Part shown: positions 37,861 through 52,199 of the stretch, in pieces | Numbering within the stretch: the first letter of the stretch is position 1 | How the letters are laid out: each line of letters begins with the position of its first letter | Origin: Octopus sinensis | Taxonomy: Eukaryota | DNA length: 64,000 nt | Assembly (NCBI RefSeq): GCF_006345805.1 | Contig: NC_042998.1 | Location: 197,718,001-197,782,000, forward strand | Reading direction: 5' to 3' | Notes under the pieces: model-generated | Database searches by the model: none | What the model was told of the DNA's origin: nothing | The model's input: only the letters and a program-made list of their open reading frames with translations | Program-made: the position numbers and the translations under genes

Positions 37861-39723
37861 ACTCTATTTATCATCCAACATATCTCTTCTTCACACCAGA
37901 AATTCTATAAATCCAAGGGGGACCCAAATGCACCACAGTCTGACAAAGGCTTGCAGACTAAAATTTTCAACTCACTGTCACCCCTTTTCTTGTAAAGAAT
38001 AATAAATATGTACTCTACAAAAAATATTAAGCAAAGTTTGGCTGTAGTAAGAAGCTTGCTTCCCAACAACATAGCTCTGGGTTCAATCCCACTGTGTGAC
38101 ACCTTAGGCAAGTGTCTTTTACTATAGCCCTGGGCTGACCAAAGCCTTGTGAATGGATTTGGTAGACAGAAACTGAGAGAAAGGCGGTGAGCTGGCAGAA
38201 ACATTAGCACGCTGGGCGAAATGCTTAGTGGTATTTTGTCTGCTGTTATGTTCTGAGTTCAAATTCTGCCGAGGTCGACTCTGCCTTTCATCCTTTCGGG
38301 GTAGATAAATTAAGTACCAGTTACGTCCTGGGGTTGATGTAATCGACATGATCCGTTTGTCTCTCCTTGTTTGTCCCCTCTGTGTGTAGCCCCTTGTGGG
38401 CAGTAAAAAAATAAGAAACTGAGAGAAGCCCATGATATATATATATGTGTGTGTGTCTTTGTGTCTGTTTGTCTGCCCACCACCACTTGACAACTGGTGT
38501 TGGTGAGTTTACATACCCATAACTTAGCAGTTTGGCAAAGGAGATTGGTAGAATAACTACCAGGCTAAAAAACAAAAAGAAGTTCTTGGGTCAATTGATT
38601 TAACTAAAACATTTTTCAAGGCATTGCCCCAGCATGGCCTCAGTCTAATGACTGAAACAAATAAATGATAAAAGGTAAAGATAATTCTTTAGTTTAAAGT
38701 TAAATTGTTTTTATTATAACATAACATATAAAACACTTATATCCGAATGTATATATATATATACATATATTTATCTTTTAAATTTGTTTACAGGAAACGT
38801 TTTGCATATGCAAATAAAGCCCCTATACCATTATGCTGGCCACAGTCTAATGGTGCTGACTGGGGAACCAGTTTTTTGGGGTTGCATTGAGCTGTACTGA
38901 TATAATGTAGGACAAATATAATAATAACGACAATCAACCTTCAATGGAATTTATAAACATTTAATGCATCGCTGTGGGCATTTTCACAAACCCCATGTCT
39001 CTTCAGATCAAAGTCTTGTATTCCTGAGAAGATTACAGTGTAGTCTATCTGTAGTATCCATGGCCATCCAGTTGATCATCTTCATGGATTCATTGCGGAT
39101 CCGTGGAATAAGCTGCTGGACGAGATGGTGAAGATGCCGACGACCGCTCGGTTCTAAGTCTCTCTTGACCACAAGTGGCCTGAACTCTTTACATGAACAC
39201 CACCCGGTACATAACTCCATGTGCCCCTACATAGCCTTGCTTTTTGCTTTTTGAGCCCAAAAATTAACTAATTAACTAACTAAAAAAAAAAAAAAAATTT
39301 TCTTTAGGTGATATAACATTTGACCAGTATGAAGGATAGATAAGCATCCCTCTGTTGTATATCCATTAATGTTATGTTACATCATAACTCATTCAACCTT
39401 CATACTAGTCAAAAGGGGGTGAGTAGCTCTCTATTGTACATCCATTGATGTTATATCACCTGAAGATATGAAACCATGAAGATGATCAACCTGATGCCAA
39501 CAGATGCTATGGACTACACTGTAATCATCTGAGGAATATGAACTGTGATCTTAAGGGACATTTGATTTGTGGAAATATTTATGAATGAAATGTTTATCAA
39601 TTTCATCCAAGGATTATTATTATTATTATATATAGCTATGTATACTTTGTATTTGTCAGAAAAAAATAAGAGTATTTATACAGTCATGCACACATATATA
39701 GTAAATGTGTGCTTGTGTGTGTA

Positions 39724-39758
<35 letters not shown>

Positions 39759-40799
39759 AAGAGAAAATTTCAAAAAGCATGTGTTATGCTGAGTGTGTTG
39801 GGTTAAACTGTTAATATCATTAATTATTTACCTAGTGACAGGTCCACTCACCTGAGTAAAGATCAATTGTATGGTGTTTGTAACGCCAGTTATCACACAC
39901 AGGCAGTGAGGTTACCATTCTGATTTCAAAATGAAAATTATACTTTCTTACACCCATTGTATCTTTGACAAAAACAAAAATGGCATTACTCTGCTTCTTT
40001 AGTTTATTGAGCTGACAAAAGATTCAATTCAACCACTTTATGACTGTACAAACCATCCATCCACTCATGCTATTATGGCAATATTTATATACACATTGGT
40101 CACTCGCTTGGAAGTACCTGCAATATTTATAGGCACAGCTCTTCTTTCCAAACTTAAAAAATGTGAAAGAAAATTGTTTTAAAAAGAATTGTTTCTAACT
40201 CTGTTTCCTTCTCTTCCTGTTTCTCTCTTTTTCTGAAATTATGAAGATCAGCAGAGTTCTTTCCGAAGGAAGACAATCATTAGAACTGCCTTAACACAAA
40301 ATACAGTGTCTTCATAGAAAGTACTGAAAGGAAAACATTTTCCTTGAAGGCCTAATGTTTAGAGAGGTTTCAGGTGTTTAGTGTCGTGATGTTTTGTGTT
40401 TACTGCTTCCAATTAAGTGTTTAGTGTGTGGTGTGTAGTGTGTGATGCTTAGTGTTCAGTGTTTCACACGTAGTAAATCAGATTTAGTGTGTGGCATGTA
40501 TGATGTGATGTTTAATGAGTGGTGTTTATTCTATAGTGTTTAGCAAGTGGTGTTTAATGTGTGCTGCTTGGTGTTTGAAGTTTATGTTAGGTGTTTAGTG
40601 AGGATTTTGGTGCTGAGTGTGTTGTATCTAGTGTTCAATGTTTAGTACGTAGTACTTGAGGATGATTGTTTAGCGTGGTGTTTAAGGTGATATGCTTAGG
40701 GTTTGGTGCTTAGTATTTAGTGTTTAGTGTATGGCATTTCATTAACCTCAAAATCTTTGATCATGTTTGGCCTATGTATTTGTGACAAGTGATTAGAGA

Positions 40800-41500
40800 C
40801 GTCTACTCCAAAATCAACCTCAGTCAAGTGATTCAAGCACTGTATGGAAATCAATCCATACAGTTTACTAGAATGACAAAACCACAAACTTCTTCAGGAC
40901 AATACTTGGGGTGCATTAATGCTATCTCCTCTTTCTAATGCTTTTCAACATCTTCCTTGGAAAACATCATGCAGTGTACACTACATGATTTTGTAAACGC
41001 CACTTTCCTTGGAAGATGGTTCCTTCACAACCCATGTTTTGCTGATGATACCAGCTTAATGCAAGGCAGTTAAGTAGAAATCCAGGAACTTACCACTACA
41101 CAGGGCAGACATTCAGGTGCATATGGAATGGAAAACCAATATCATGCTGAAGGACATCAGCTTGAAAAAGTGGCTATTTTTAAATACCCTGGATTCACTT
41201 TGAGCAAACCACAACTTAATAAAGGAGATAAAAGCAAGAGTTGGTTTGATCTCCATCAGTTTTTCAACAAAACTCGAACTGTACAAGTCCTTAGTGCCAT
41301 AAAATATTTCTGTGTCGGTGTGAAAGCAGGGCACTTACTACCAATATGGAATGTAGAATTTAGGTGTTCCAGGACAAATTCTTCAGAAGGATCAAATGTT
41401 TCTCGTATACAGAGCTTTGACAGGCAGCAGGTCACCAGATATACTGTCAGGTAAGAAATACCTATTGTTAGAGTGAAATGCTAAAGGCTTGCCTACCAAA
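40800..41500 (+). mobile_element. Old RTE-clade LINE RT fragment
   Basis: LFNIFLENIMQ...FADDTSL and LEKVAIFKYPGFTLSK. Confidence 0.6.
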
Positions 41501-44500
41501 GGTAAATGATGATGATGATAATGAATAATTAGTGTGTGGGGTATATTTTTTAGTGTCTGTTGTATTTAGTGCTTGGTGTTTAGTGAGTGGTGTTTAGTTT
41601 TTTAGTATTTTGTGTTAGGAAGTTTTAGTGTGTTGTGTTCAATGAGATATTTGGTGTTAAGTGTTCAATCACAGTGAGAGTTCTTAGTATATCTTCGGTT
41701 GTTCTGTCCACCAGAAAATGAAGTAAACTGCAAACAGAAAACAGACGATCAGCAATTACTTGATAGCCATTTAAATACAATCTCATAATTTCATGCACAC
41801 ACACTCACAGACAGAGGCATACACACACACACACACACACATGTATGCACCTGTACAACTTTTTTTATTATTTCATGAAGAGTAAACGTTATACATGATT
41901 GGGAGATTTAATGAACCAATTGCTGGTTCAAGGATTAGGAAGCACATGGTGTTGGGAAAGGCATCCAGCTATAGAAACATTGCCAGATCAGACTGGGCCT
42001 GGTGCAGCCTTCTGGCTTCCCAGACCCCAGTTGCACCGTCCAATCCATGCCAGCATGGAAAGCAGATGCTAAACGATGATGATGATGATGATGAAGTGTG
42101 AAAAATGAGCCGCTCGTGTATCCGACTTTTGTTAGTTTGGCTGACACTGCAACTTCAGCAAATATATTTCATGTTGATAGCTGAATGCAATGTACAAGCC
42201 TTGACATTTGATAAGAGGTGAGCTTATGACATGAGATGAAAAGTGGGTCTTCACAGCAGATGGGAAGTGGGACAACAACCTACATATGACAGTGACACAT
42301 GGCCGATTGTTAAGCTGTTTCTAAACATAATACAATTCCAGTCTGACTTAATGCTTGCTTCTGAGTGCATCTCGTTAGATTTGGAGACAAATTATGACCA
42401 GATTATATTATGAGGCTTCAAGAACAGAATTATTTAAAGCCTTTAGCATTTAAACTGGCCATATCCAGCCTAAATATTCTACTTGTTTCATGTTCGAACT
42501 AGCCATATCTGGCCTTTCACACCTATCTTACTATGTCATTTTAAAAATATGCAATCACATCATCAAAATCTTGAAGCTATGAGATGATGCAGGATTAATT
42601 CAAAATTAATTCAAAATACCAGGGTTGGTATGAAAAGGGTTAAACAATATTAAGCATGTACGGAGGGAAAGGGTTCCACAGAAAGGGTTCGAACTAGCCA
42701 TATCTGGCCTTTCACGCCTCTCTTACTATGTCATTTTAAAAATATGCAATCACATCATCAAAATCTTGAAGCTATGAGATGATGCATGATTAATTCAAAA
42801 CAATCTGAATAAATAAACATTACATGTGACAGAGTACTATGAATACTAAGGGGTTATAGTAAATTTCCCCTTGTTTATGATGTGTATAGGCATGGAATTA
42901 TGACAGTCATACTCAGGTGGGTTGGTATGAAAAGGGTTAAACAATATTAAGCATGTACTGAGGCAAAGGGTTCCACAGAAAGTTTTTTTTTTATCAGGGC
43001 TGAATTAACTATAGTGCTAATGGTAAATTAGAGCAGATTTTTTTTAATTGAGTAGAATAGAGTGCTGGAAATTTGCATGTTTTCCTCTGTGTTTAGCTGC
43101 AAGTGAATAATTTTGTTTACATTGCTAATGATCGTGGCTGCTGCCAGCCTCCCCTGGCACCTGTGCTGGTGGCACGTAAAAAGCACCCACAACACTCTTG
43201 GAGTGGTTGGCGTTAGGAAGGGCATCCAGCTGTAGAAACACTGCCAGATCAGACTGGAGCTTAGTGCAGCCTCCATGGCTTACCAGACCCCAGTAGAACC
43301 GTCCAACCCGTGCTAGCATGGAAAACGGACGTTAAACGATGATGATGATGATGATTGCTCCCTATTATTTTTATTCAACTGACTTTTATGTGACTCTTCT
43401 TTTGTAACCTGTCCCAATAATCTCCTTTTATCTCCTGCCATTGAGCAACGAAAGAACTTATTATTCCCAATTCAGGTACCACTGGCAATCCCCAGCCTGC
43501 ATCCACCCTGTATCCCTACCCAATTAAAGACATTTCCTACACCCCACCCACCATTCCCCCACACTTTTGCAAACCTCTGTCCACTCCTGGTTTCTCTGTA
43601 CCCATCCACTTCTATTCACCTTGTACCAATTGATGCTTTCATCACCACTTTCACAGCTACTACCGATTCATGTTTAACTCCCTCCTAAATCTGAGTAGCC
43701 ATGTAGCTCCCTCACAACAAGAACCTGCTCTGCCTCACCCATTTCTTTCATAGCTTAACTCACAACTGCTATCATAAAACCCTTCCTCTTTGTGTCTCGT
43801 AGGTTTGCAAGCTGCATGGTGATCTCACTAATGCCAGTGGCATGAGAAAAGCACCCTGTATACACACTGTAAAGTGGTTGGCATTAGGAAGGGTATCAGG
43901 CTGTAGAAAGCATGCAAAAGCAGACACTGGAGCACAATGCAGTCCTTGGACCCATTGGGTCCTTGTCAAATTATCCAACCTTGGACAATAAAAAAAAATG
44001 GACAATAAATGATGATGATGATGATAATGGAAATTGTTGAGAATCAGAAAGACAAATGCCTTAGAGTATGTTGTTTCAGAGTTCAAATTCGACTGAATTC
44101 GACATTATATTTTATACTCAAATGTGTGTGAGTTAGTGTTTGATAAAAGTTTTTTTTAAATATATCAGTCATACGTCTGTTTACAAACTTCCATTCTTAA
44201 AGCTTAAATAGTGCCAATGTAAGAAATTCTATTTATTCGAAGACCTGACAAATGAAGTGAGTTCATGGCTCGCGGGACGGCCTGCTGTGCTAACCTTGGA
44301 TCGTAGAGTGACCCGCTGTTCTTGAGGAGACCTATTGAGTCAAGTATATCATCATCATCATCGTCGTCGTTTAGTGTCCGCTTTCCATGCTAGCATGGGT
44401 TGGACGGTTCAACTGGGGTCTGGGAAACCAGAAGGCTGCACCAGGCCCAGTCTGATCTGGCAATGTTTCTATGGCTGGATGCCCTTCCTCACGCCAACCA

Positions 44501-45037
44501 CTCCAAGAGTGTAGTGGGTGCTTTTTACGTGCCACCAGACAAGGCTGGCAAACGGCCACGATTGGATGGTGCTTTTACGTGCCACCGGCGAGGCTGGCAA
44601 CGGCCACGAACGGATGGTGCTTTTTACGTGCCACCGGCACGAGGCCAGTGGGGGCGGCGCTGGCAATGGCCACATTCGGATCAAAATAAAAATTCAAATG
44701 GAAATTGTAGTTAAGACACCCATGCTGGTGACACGTAATAAGCACCATCCGAACTTGGCAGATGCCAGCACCGCCTGACTGGCGTCCGTGTCAGTGGCAC
44801 GTAAAAGCACCAACCGATTGTGGTCGTTTGCCAGCCTCTCCTGGCCCCTGTGCCGGCGGCACATAAAAAGCACCCACTACACTCACAGAGTGGTTGACGT
44901 TAGGAAGGGCATCCAGCTGTAGAAACACTGCCAAATCAGACTGGAGCTCTGGTGCAGCCTCCTGGCTTACCAGACCCCGGTCGAACTGTCCAACCCATGC
45001 TAGCATGGAAAACGGACGTTAAACGATGATGATGATA

Positions 45038-45832
45038 CAGTGGTACCTTGACTTACAGGTGTCCCAACTAATAAGTTTTTTGAGATACAAGTCATCTCTC
45101 AGCCAATTTTTTTTGTTTTGAGTTGTGAGCTGAAATACTTGTTATGAGCTAGCTTCAGATAGCCTGCTGCTAATTGGCATAGCAAATGCCACAGTGAACG
45201 ATGTAACATCTGTTCTGTCTCCCATATCTCACTCGACAGCTAGACAGACATGCAATGTTAGCAAGTGCAAAGATCGTTAGTGGATCGTTAGCTAGACGGG
45301 TAATAAAACGTTTACTTAGGCACTGTAGGCTACAGAAGCACCAGTGTTGTGCTTGCAGTTATTTTGCAAAACTTCATTTTTCTAACCATGGGTCTGAAGA
45401 AAGAGTGCGAAGGACAGTGCGGAGAAGAAGTGAATGATGTGAATTGAATTGAAGAAAGAAATTATCAAAAAACATGACCAAGGTGTGCGTATAGTTGACT
45501 TGGTGAAGCAGTGTGAGCATAGCACTTCTAGGATCTGCACCATACTGAAACAGAAGGAGTCAATAAAGGCTATAACAGCAGCCAAGGGTATTAAAATAAT
45601 TTCTAAACAGTGGACATCTATTGTCGGTGGCACATAAAATCACCCACTACACTCTCGGAGTGGTTGGCGTTAGGAAGGGCATCCAGCTGTAGAAACACTG
45701 CCAGATCTGACTGGCCTGGTGCAGCCTTCGGGCTTGCCAGACCCCAGTTGAACCGTCCAACCCATGCTAGCATGGAAAGCGGACGTTAAACGATGATGAT
45801 GATGATGATGGAGAAGCTGCTGATAGTGTGGT
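45038..45832 (+). mobile_element. Tigger/pogo transposon 5' fragment (interrupted by a SINE)
   Basis: TA|CAGTGGTACCTTGACTTAC terminus. LKKEIIKKHDQGVRIVDL...STSRICTILKQKESIK (CENP-B-type HTH), then MEKLLIVW after the SINE. Confidence 0.8.
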
Positions 45833-48740
45833 AAAATGTCTTGTTTTCATAGGTTTTGAATTAAAATATTCCACCAAACCCTAGTCACAATTTATGTTCC
45901 AAACACTAGCTTAATGATAACTAAGTTGTTTTACTAAATTCTTTGTTATATTTAAAATAATTGGAAGAAACACAGAGCATCTCGAAATAAATACAGTAAC
46001 AAAAGGGTTAAACTCTTAAATCAAGGCACCACTGTATAAAGGTTTGTGTAACATGTTCATTCCTTCACACAACTTCTGAAACTGTGTTTGTATAGTTCAG
46101 GCTTTGCATGTTTGTGTGTGTGTGTGTATTTGTGTATGCAAGACATGTTGCCTAAGTACATTGGGCTTAACTATATTAAGTACACTGGAAAAGCCAATTT
46201 CAACATATAATGCACTTTTGGGAGCCAAGTTCAATTAACACATTACTGATGTTTTAGCAGTGTTCTATTTCATTGCTGTACTATTCTATAGAGTATATGG
46301 AGATACTGTATGTGATACATTTAGAGACAGGGTGCTTAAATATGTGTAGTTGTTAAAATCTGATACACTGGGTTAGCTAAACTATGATACAGTCTGTGAT
46401 GAAGAATAATGTGTTTGGGCATTCATGTGTATATGTGGCTGCTGGCATCATCATCATCATCATCATCATCAACAGCAATTATGACATCAATACCATCGTC
46501 ACTAAGTATGAGTGTATAAGTGCATGTGTATGTGTGTGTATGTATGCATGCTTGCATGTATGTGCAAGCACACATATATTTTTGAATTACATAGTGTTTA
46601 ATAAAAAAGGAAAATGAGTTGCAGGGTAATGCCATACGTTTATAGTAAATATTTTTGTCAGTGTGTGTGTGTGTGTGTGTGTGTGTGGAGAGAAACTGAG
46701 AGTGCAGGAAAACTTAAAGTGCAACAGGAATTGCACTTTAAGGTGCAATCATGGCCGTGTTGCTGTAAAGCTCACTTCCCAACCATGTCATCTGGAATTC
46801 AGTCCCACTGCGTGGCACCTTGGGTAAGTGCTTTCCACTACAGCCCTGAGCTAACCAAAGCCTTATCAGTGGATTTCATTTGGTTGATAGAAACAAAAAG
46901 AAGCCCATTATGTGGGTATGTGTAGTACACATACACACATATATATATATAAATACATGCACACACATATATATATATACATACATGCATACATACATGT
47001 ATAGCTCACTCTGTAGGGTGGTTGGTGTTAGGAAGGGCAACCAGCTGTGAAAACCATGCCAAAACAGACACAGAAATATGGTGTAGACTTCTGCCTGGCC
47101 ACTTCCTGTCAAACTGTCCAACCCATGCCAGCATGAAAGAAGGGCATTAAATGATGTTGATGATATATATATATATATATAGTAGAGTTAGAGGTTGGAA
47201 TAACCATCTAAGGGATAAAAATACCCGTTATACTACCGGTGTAATAACCTGTGTTAACTCTGGACATACCTATGCAAGCATATTATGCTCATAGGTTACA
47301 GGTAATGACAAAGATAAACATGAGTTTATCAGGCATCAAATTTACAGTGAACAGAAAATGGAGAAATATTGATAAACAACAATTGACTAACATCAATTGA
47401 TGCAGATGTGGAGGGCAAACTTGAGAGCATGGATCAGCAGGCCTTCTGGCTTCCCAGACCCCAGTCAAATGGTCCAACCCATGCCAGCATGGAAAATGGA
47501 CGTTAAATGATGATGATGATGGTGGTGATGATGATATAGATAAATGCATACATATATATAGAGAGAGAATTTACAAAAAAACAAAAGACGAAGACAGGAG
47601 TGTAAACAACAAACAGATGTATTAGTTTAACGCTCGGGAAGTGAGAAAATCTTTTACATTTTGAGCCTACGCTCTTCGAGAGGATGGAACACACAAATAA
47701 AGAGGGAGAGAAAATAGAAAAGGCTTAGTGGCTAGCGATCTACCATGGCAAATGCCAGACAGAGGGGTCACACAAGAGAGCTAGGAAGAGGGGAGATAAT
47801 AAAGTAATGGTGATCTCAAAATGAAGGTGCACATTCATGTGTATGTGAGAGCGTGTATGTGCATGTGGAAGGGGGATGGTGACCTTGACGTGTGCATGTG
47901 TAGGTGTGTGGATGATGGTGTAGGTGCTGGGAAGTGGTCAGTGCTAGTGTGTGCGGAGTGGTGTGATGTGGTGTGGTATGGTGGTGTGTAGTGTGTTAGT
48001 GTTGAGAGTGGTGGAAGCAAGGGTGGGTCTAAAGGATGGGTGGGGTTGGAGTGTGTTGAATATGAAACGCATTTTATTTTGGAAAAGAATTATCATCATC
48101 ATCATCATCATCGTTTAACGTCCGCTTTCCATGCTAGCATGGGTTGGACGAATGACTGAGGGCTGGCGAACCAGGTGGCTGCACCAGGCTTCAATCTTGA
48201 TCTGGCAGAGTTTCTACAGCTGGATGCCCTTCCTAATACCAACCACTCCGAGAGTGTAGTGGGTGCTTTTACATGCCACTGGCACGAGGGCCAGTCAGGC
48301 GGCACTAGCAACGACCTCGCTCGAATCTTTTTACACATGCCACCTGCACAGGTGCCAGTAAGGCGATGCTGGTAACGATCACACTCGAATGGTGTCTTTT
48401 ACATGCCACCAGCACGGAGGCCAGTTGGCTGCTCTGGCAATGATCACGCTCGGATGGTGCTCTCGGCACCCTACTAGCACGGGGCTTGTGTGCCAGTAAG
48501 GCAATGCTGGTAACGATCACACTCAAATGGTGTCTTTTACGTGCCACTGGCATTGAGACCAGATAGCCGCTCTGGCAATTATATTTGTGTATAATGTATA
48601 GGGAAGGTATTAACAGTGAGAAAGTCACTACAGATATTATAAGTCCACTGCATCTTATAGCAGAAACAACTGTAACCTAATGCAGTTCATAACAAGATTG
48701 TGTTTTCCTTTGTCATTTTTTTTAAGTGTGTGCATGTGTG

Positions 48741-48774
<34 letters not shown>

Positions 48775-48814
48775 ATAAACATATACATACATGCATGCAT
48801 ATATAAATAAACAG

Positions 48815-49040
48815 CAACAGCTAGATAATGCTTCATTCACTACAGCTGTTTCCAATGAGTTTTTTTTTATTGATTTCGTCATGCGAAAAAATCCTATTAC
48901 CATCAGGTGAATATAAACGAATTACACGTTTCAAACATTCCAAAAGTCGTTTTCCTTTGCATTACATAACATCTCTATTAATCAATAAAATCCTCGTTGG
49001 AAACAGCTGTAGCGAATGAGCCATTATCCATCTGTTGTTA
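48815..49040. mobile_element. Short MITE with ~50-bp TIRs
   Basis: GATAATGCTTCATTCACTACAGCTGTTTCCAATGAG vs the reverse complement of CTCGTTGGAAACAGCTGTAGCGAATGAGCCATTATC. Confidence 0.7.
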
Positions 49041-49374
49041 CAGATTATTCACCTTACCTTGAACCTGTTATTAGTGTGGATCTGGTGTCTATTAAGTGCA
49101 CCGTGTATTTTTCCTAAATACAGCCTTGAGACTCATAATATACGCAGTCAGGTGCAGTTAATCATATACACGACTGGAATAATAATCTGTCTGTACTTTG
49201 GTTTGTGGGTTTTTGTTCCTATGATTTTGTAATCTACACGATTCCCTTCGTTTGACTAGACCAGGGACTTTACCATTTAAGTACCTGATTCACTAGGATC
49301 TTGAACTCTAATATGCATATATATATGTGAGTGTGTGTGTATATATATATCTAAGTTTATATATATCTAAGTTC

Positions 49375-49411
<37 letters not shown>

Positions 49412-50595
49412 CTCTTTTACTTGTTTCAGTCATTGGACTGTGGCCATGCTGGAGCACTGCCTTTTTTCAGTTGAGCAAATTGACCCTAGGACTTATTCTT
49501 TGTAAGCCTAGTACTTATGCTATCGGTCTCTTTTGCTGAACCGCTAAGTTACGGGGATGTAAACATACCAGCATCGGTTGTCAAGCGATGTTGGGGGGAC
49601 AATCACAGACATACAAACATACACACACACACACACATATATATATACATATATACGATGGGATTTTTCAGTTTCTGTCTATCAAATCCACTCACAAGGC
49701 TTCCGTCGGCCTGAGGCTATAGTAGAAGACACTTGCTCAAAGTCCCATGCAGTGGGACTGAACCTGGAACCATGTAGTTGGTAAGCAAGCTACTTACCAC
49801 ACAGCCACTCTTCCTCCTCATCTTCATCGTTTAACGTCGGTTTTCCATGCTAGCATGGGTTGGACAGTTCAACTGGGGTCTGGGAAGCCAGGAGGCTGCA
49901 CCAGGCCCAGTCTGATCTGGCAGTGTTTCTACAGCTAGATGCCCTTCCTAACGCCAACCAACCACTCTGTGAGTGTAGTGAGTGCTTTTTACATGCCACC
50001 GGCACAGGAGCCAGAGAAAGCTGGCAAACGGCCACGATCGGTCGGTGCTTTTACATGTCACCAACACGGACGCCAGTCGGGCGGTGCTGGCATCTGCCAT
50101 GTTTGGACGGTGCTTTTAATGTGTCACCAGCATGCCTTCGTGTTAATTGCGCATAGGTGTAGTAATATTAGTAGTATAGTAGTAATAGAAGCATTACTGT
50201 GATAGCATAATGACCATAAAGCTACAAAAGTGTTAATGAAGCAGGTGCTTCTGTGATGGTACTACTTATGCAAACCTTCATATACACTGAATACCAAGAT
50301 GATTATAATAATGATAGGTAGAGGAATGATAATGATGATGGCTGAAGGTAGTCAGTTTGATGTATTCTGGGAGAAAATAAAAGCTGCTGCTCTCCCCCTA
50401 CAAGCAGAATAGCTAAAGGAAATTTTACAAGGTGCAGGAGTGGCTGTGTGGTAAGTAGCTTGCTTACCAACCACATGGTTATGGGTTCAGTCCCACTGCG
50501 TGGCATCTTGGGCAAGTGTCTTCTGCTATAGCCCCGGGCCGACCAATGCCTTGTGAGTGGATTTGGTAGACGGAAACTGAAAGAAGCCTGTCGTA

Positions 50596-50644
<49 letters not shown>

Positions 50645-51207
50645 TTGTCCCTCTAGCATTGCTTGACAACTGATGCTGGTGTGTTTACGTCCCTGTCACT
50701 TAGCGGTTCGGTAAAAGAGACCGATAGAATAAGTACTGGGCTTACAAAGAATAAGTCCCGGGGTTGATTTGCTTGACTGAAGGCAGTGCTCCAGCATCGC
50801 CACAGTCAAATGTACTGAAACAAGTAAAAGAGTAAGGTGGAACAAGACAGTTTTAGAGCCCTGGGAATATAGGGAGGTGGGATGTCTTTTAAATATTCGA
50901 GGGAGCTGTGAGATTTTTTATTTCTGAGGGAAGAGCCTTCAGATATTCATAGGCCCCTACTTAGCTCTCTGGCTCCTGGAACTAAAGTACTGGCTGAATT
51001 CCACTTGTAGAGGCCCTGCTTACAAGAAGGTGTGTGTGAGGTTAGCTTCTTTCTTAATATTGACACTAACCATCACAAAAACACTTACCCCTGCTGATCA
51101 GTGGAAGTTCTGAAATTTGGAATAACTCAAACGGAACTCCACACTTACTGATTGATGAAAATCTTGTTACAAAGTTCAAATAATTTTCAGTAGAAAAATG
51201 AATAAAA

Positions 51208-51551
51208 CAATTGCAGCGTGGAAGGTGTTTGTAAGCCATTTAAGAAACACACAAAAGCTGTTCGATTCACTTCAACATTTAAGTTTAATTTGTCAAAATA
51301 TTTTCGTCGCTTTGAGACCGCGACCTGTTCACTGACAAAAATCCGTGCTGCATCTCGGATTTTTGTCAGTGAACAGGTCACGGTCTCAAAGCGACAAAAA
51401 TATTTTGACAAATTAAACTTAAATGTTGAAGTGAATCTAATGGGTTTTGTGTGTTTCTTAAATGGCTTATAAACACCTAACACGCTGCAATTGTTTTCGT
51501 TCCAGCACACGATCTCAGATCAAATCACTTGCTATGCAAGTACATCTCCGT
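51208..51551. mobile_element. Fold-back element with a 60-nt asymmetric tail
   Basis: Same family. TSD AATGAATA(A/C)AA (11 nt, 1 mismatch). Confidence 0.85.
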
Positions 51552-51608
51552 AATGAATACAACCAAAGAAGAAAAGCCATACCAAAATCATACATTTACC
51601 AGTGTTTC

Positions 51609-51870
51609 CTAGAAATTTCACCTGAAAGACCAGGTAAAGAAGTTAATAACAGTAAGCAGTGATGTCTCATCTGAAACAAGCTAAGTTAGGCTACCTTAGA
51701 AAGCAGTGATATCTCACCTGAGACAAGCTAAGTTAGGTTATTGTAGTAAGTAGTGATGTCTTACCTGAAACAAAGTAGATTAAATAATCATAAAAAAAAG
51801 TGATGGTCCACCTGAGACAAGCTACTTTAGGTAATCATAGAAAGTAGTAACGTCTCACCTGAGACTAAGT
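51609..51870. repeat. Degenerate 47-bp minisatellite overlapping the RABL3 stop
   Basis: Units AGTGATGTCTCACCTGAGACAAG... start at 51658, 51705, 51752, 51799 and 51846 (exact 47-bp period), with a remnant near 51609. Confidence 0.85.
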
Positions 51871-51900
51871 TCTTCTAACGAAGCCTGAATACATGGCTGC
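51865..51900 (-). CDS. RABL3: Probable last coding exon of RABL3, AAMYSGFVRRT*
   Basis: Acceptor TTATTCATCTTCTCTATAG|, phase 0, short open frame to TAG, loosely like the human C-terminal PGFPDRKR. Confidence 0.65.
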   Translation of the reverse strand, partial: AAMYSGFVRRT

Positions 51901-52199
51901 CTATAGAGAAGATGAATAAGGTTAATTGAACATTTGTATGAAATAGTGACAGGTATATGTGCGGGTGTGTGTGTGAGACAGAGAGAAAGAAAATATACAT
52001 GTGTGTGAAATTCAATATGGCCACAGATTCATCATCATTTAGCATCTGCTTTCCATGCTGGCATGGGTTGGATGGTTTGACTGGAACTGGTAAGCCAGAG
52101 AGCTGCACCAGGCTCCAATTGTCTGTTTTGGTTTGATTTCTATGGCTGGATACCCTTCCTAATGCCAACCACTCCATAAAGAATACTGGTTGTATTTTA

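Noticed and set aside
39008-39220. 70-aa ORF as a protein-coding gene
   Set aside because: No recognisable motif, no supporting splice structure, and it partly overlaps a duplicated segment whose partner has no matching ORF.
40350-40740. GTGTTTA-rich tract as interstitial telomere
   Set aside because: It is a degenerate TG-rich low-complexity tract without TTAGGG periodicity.
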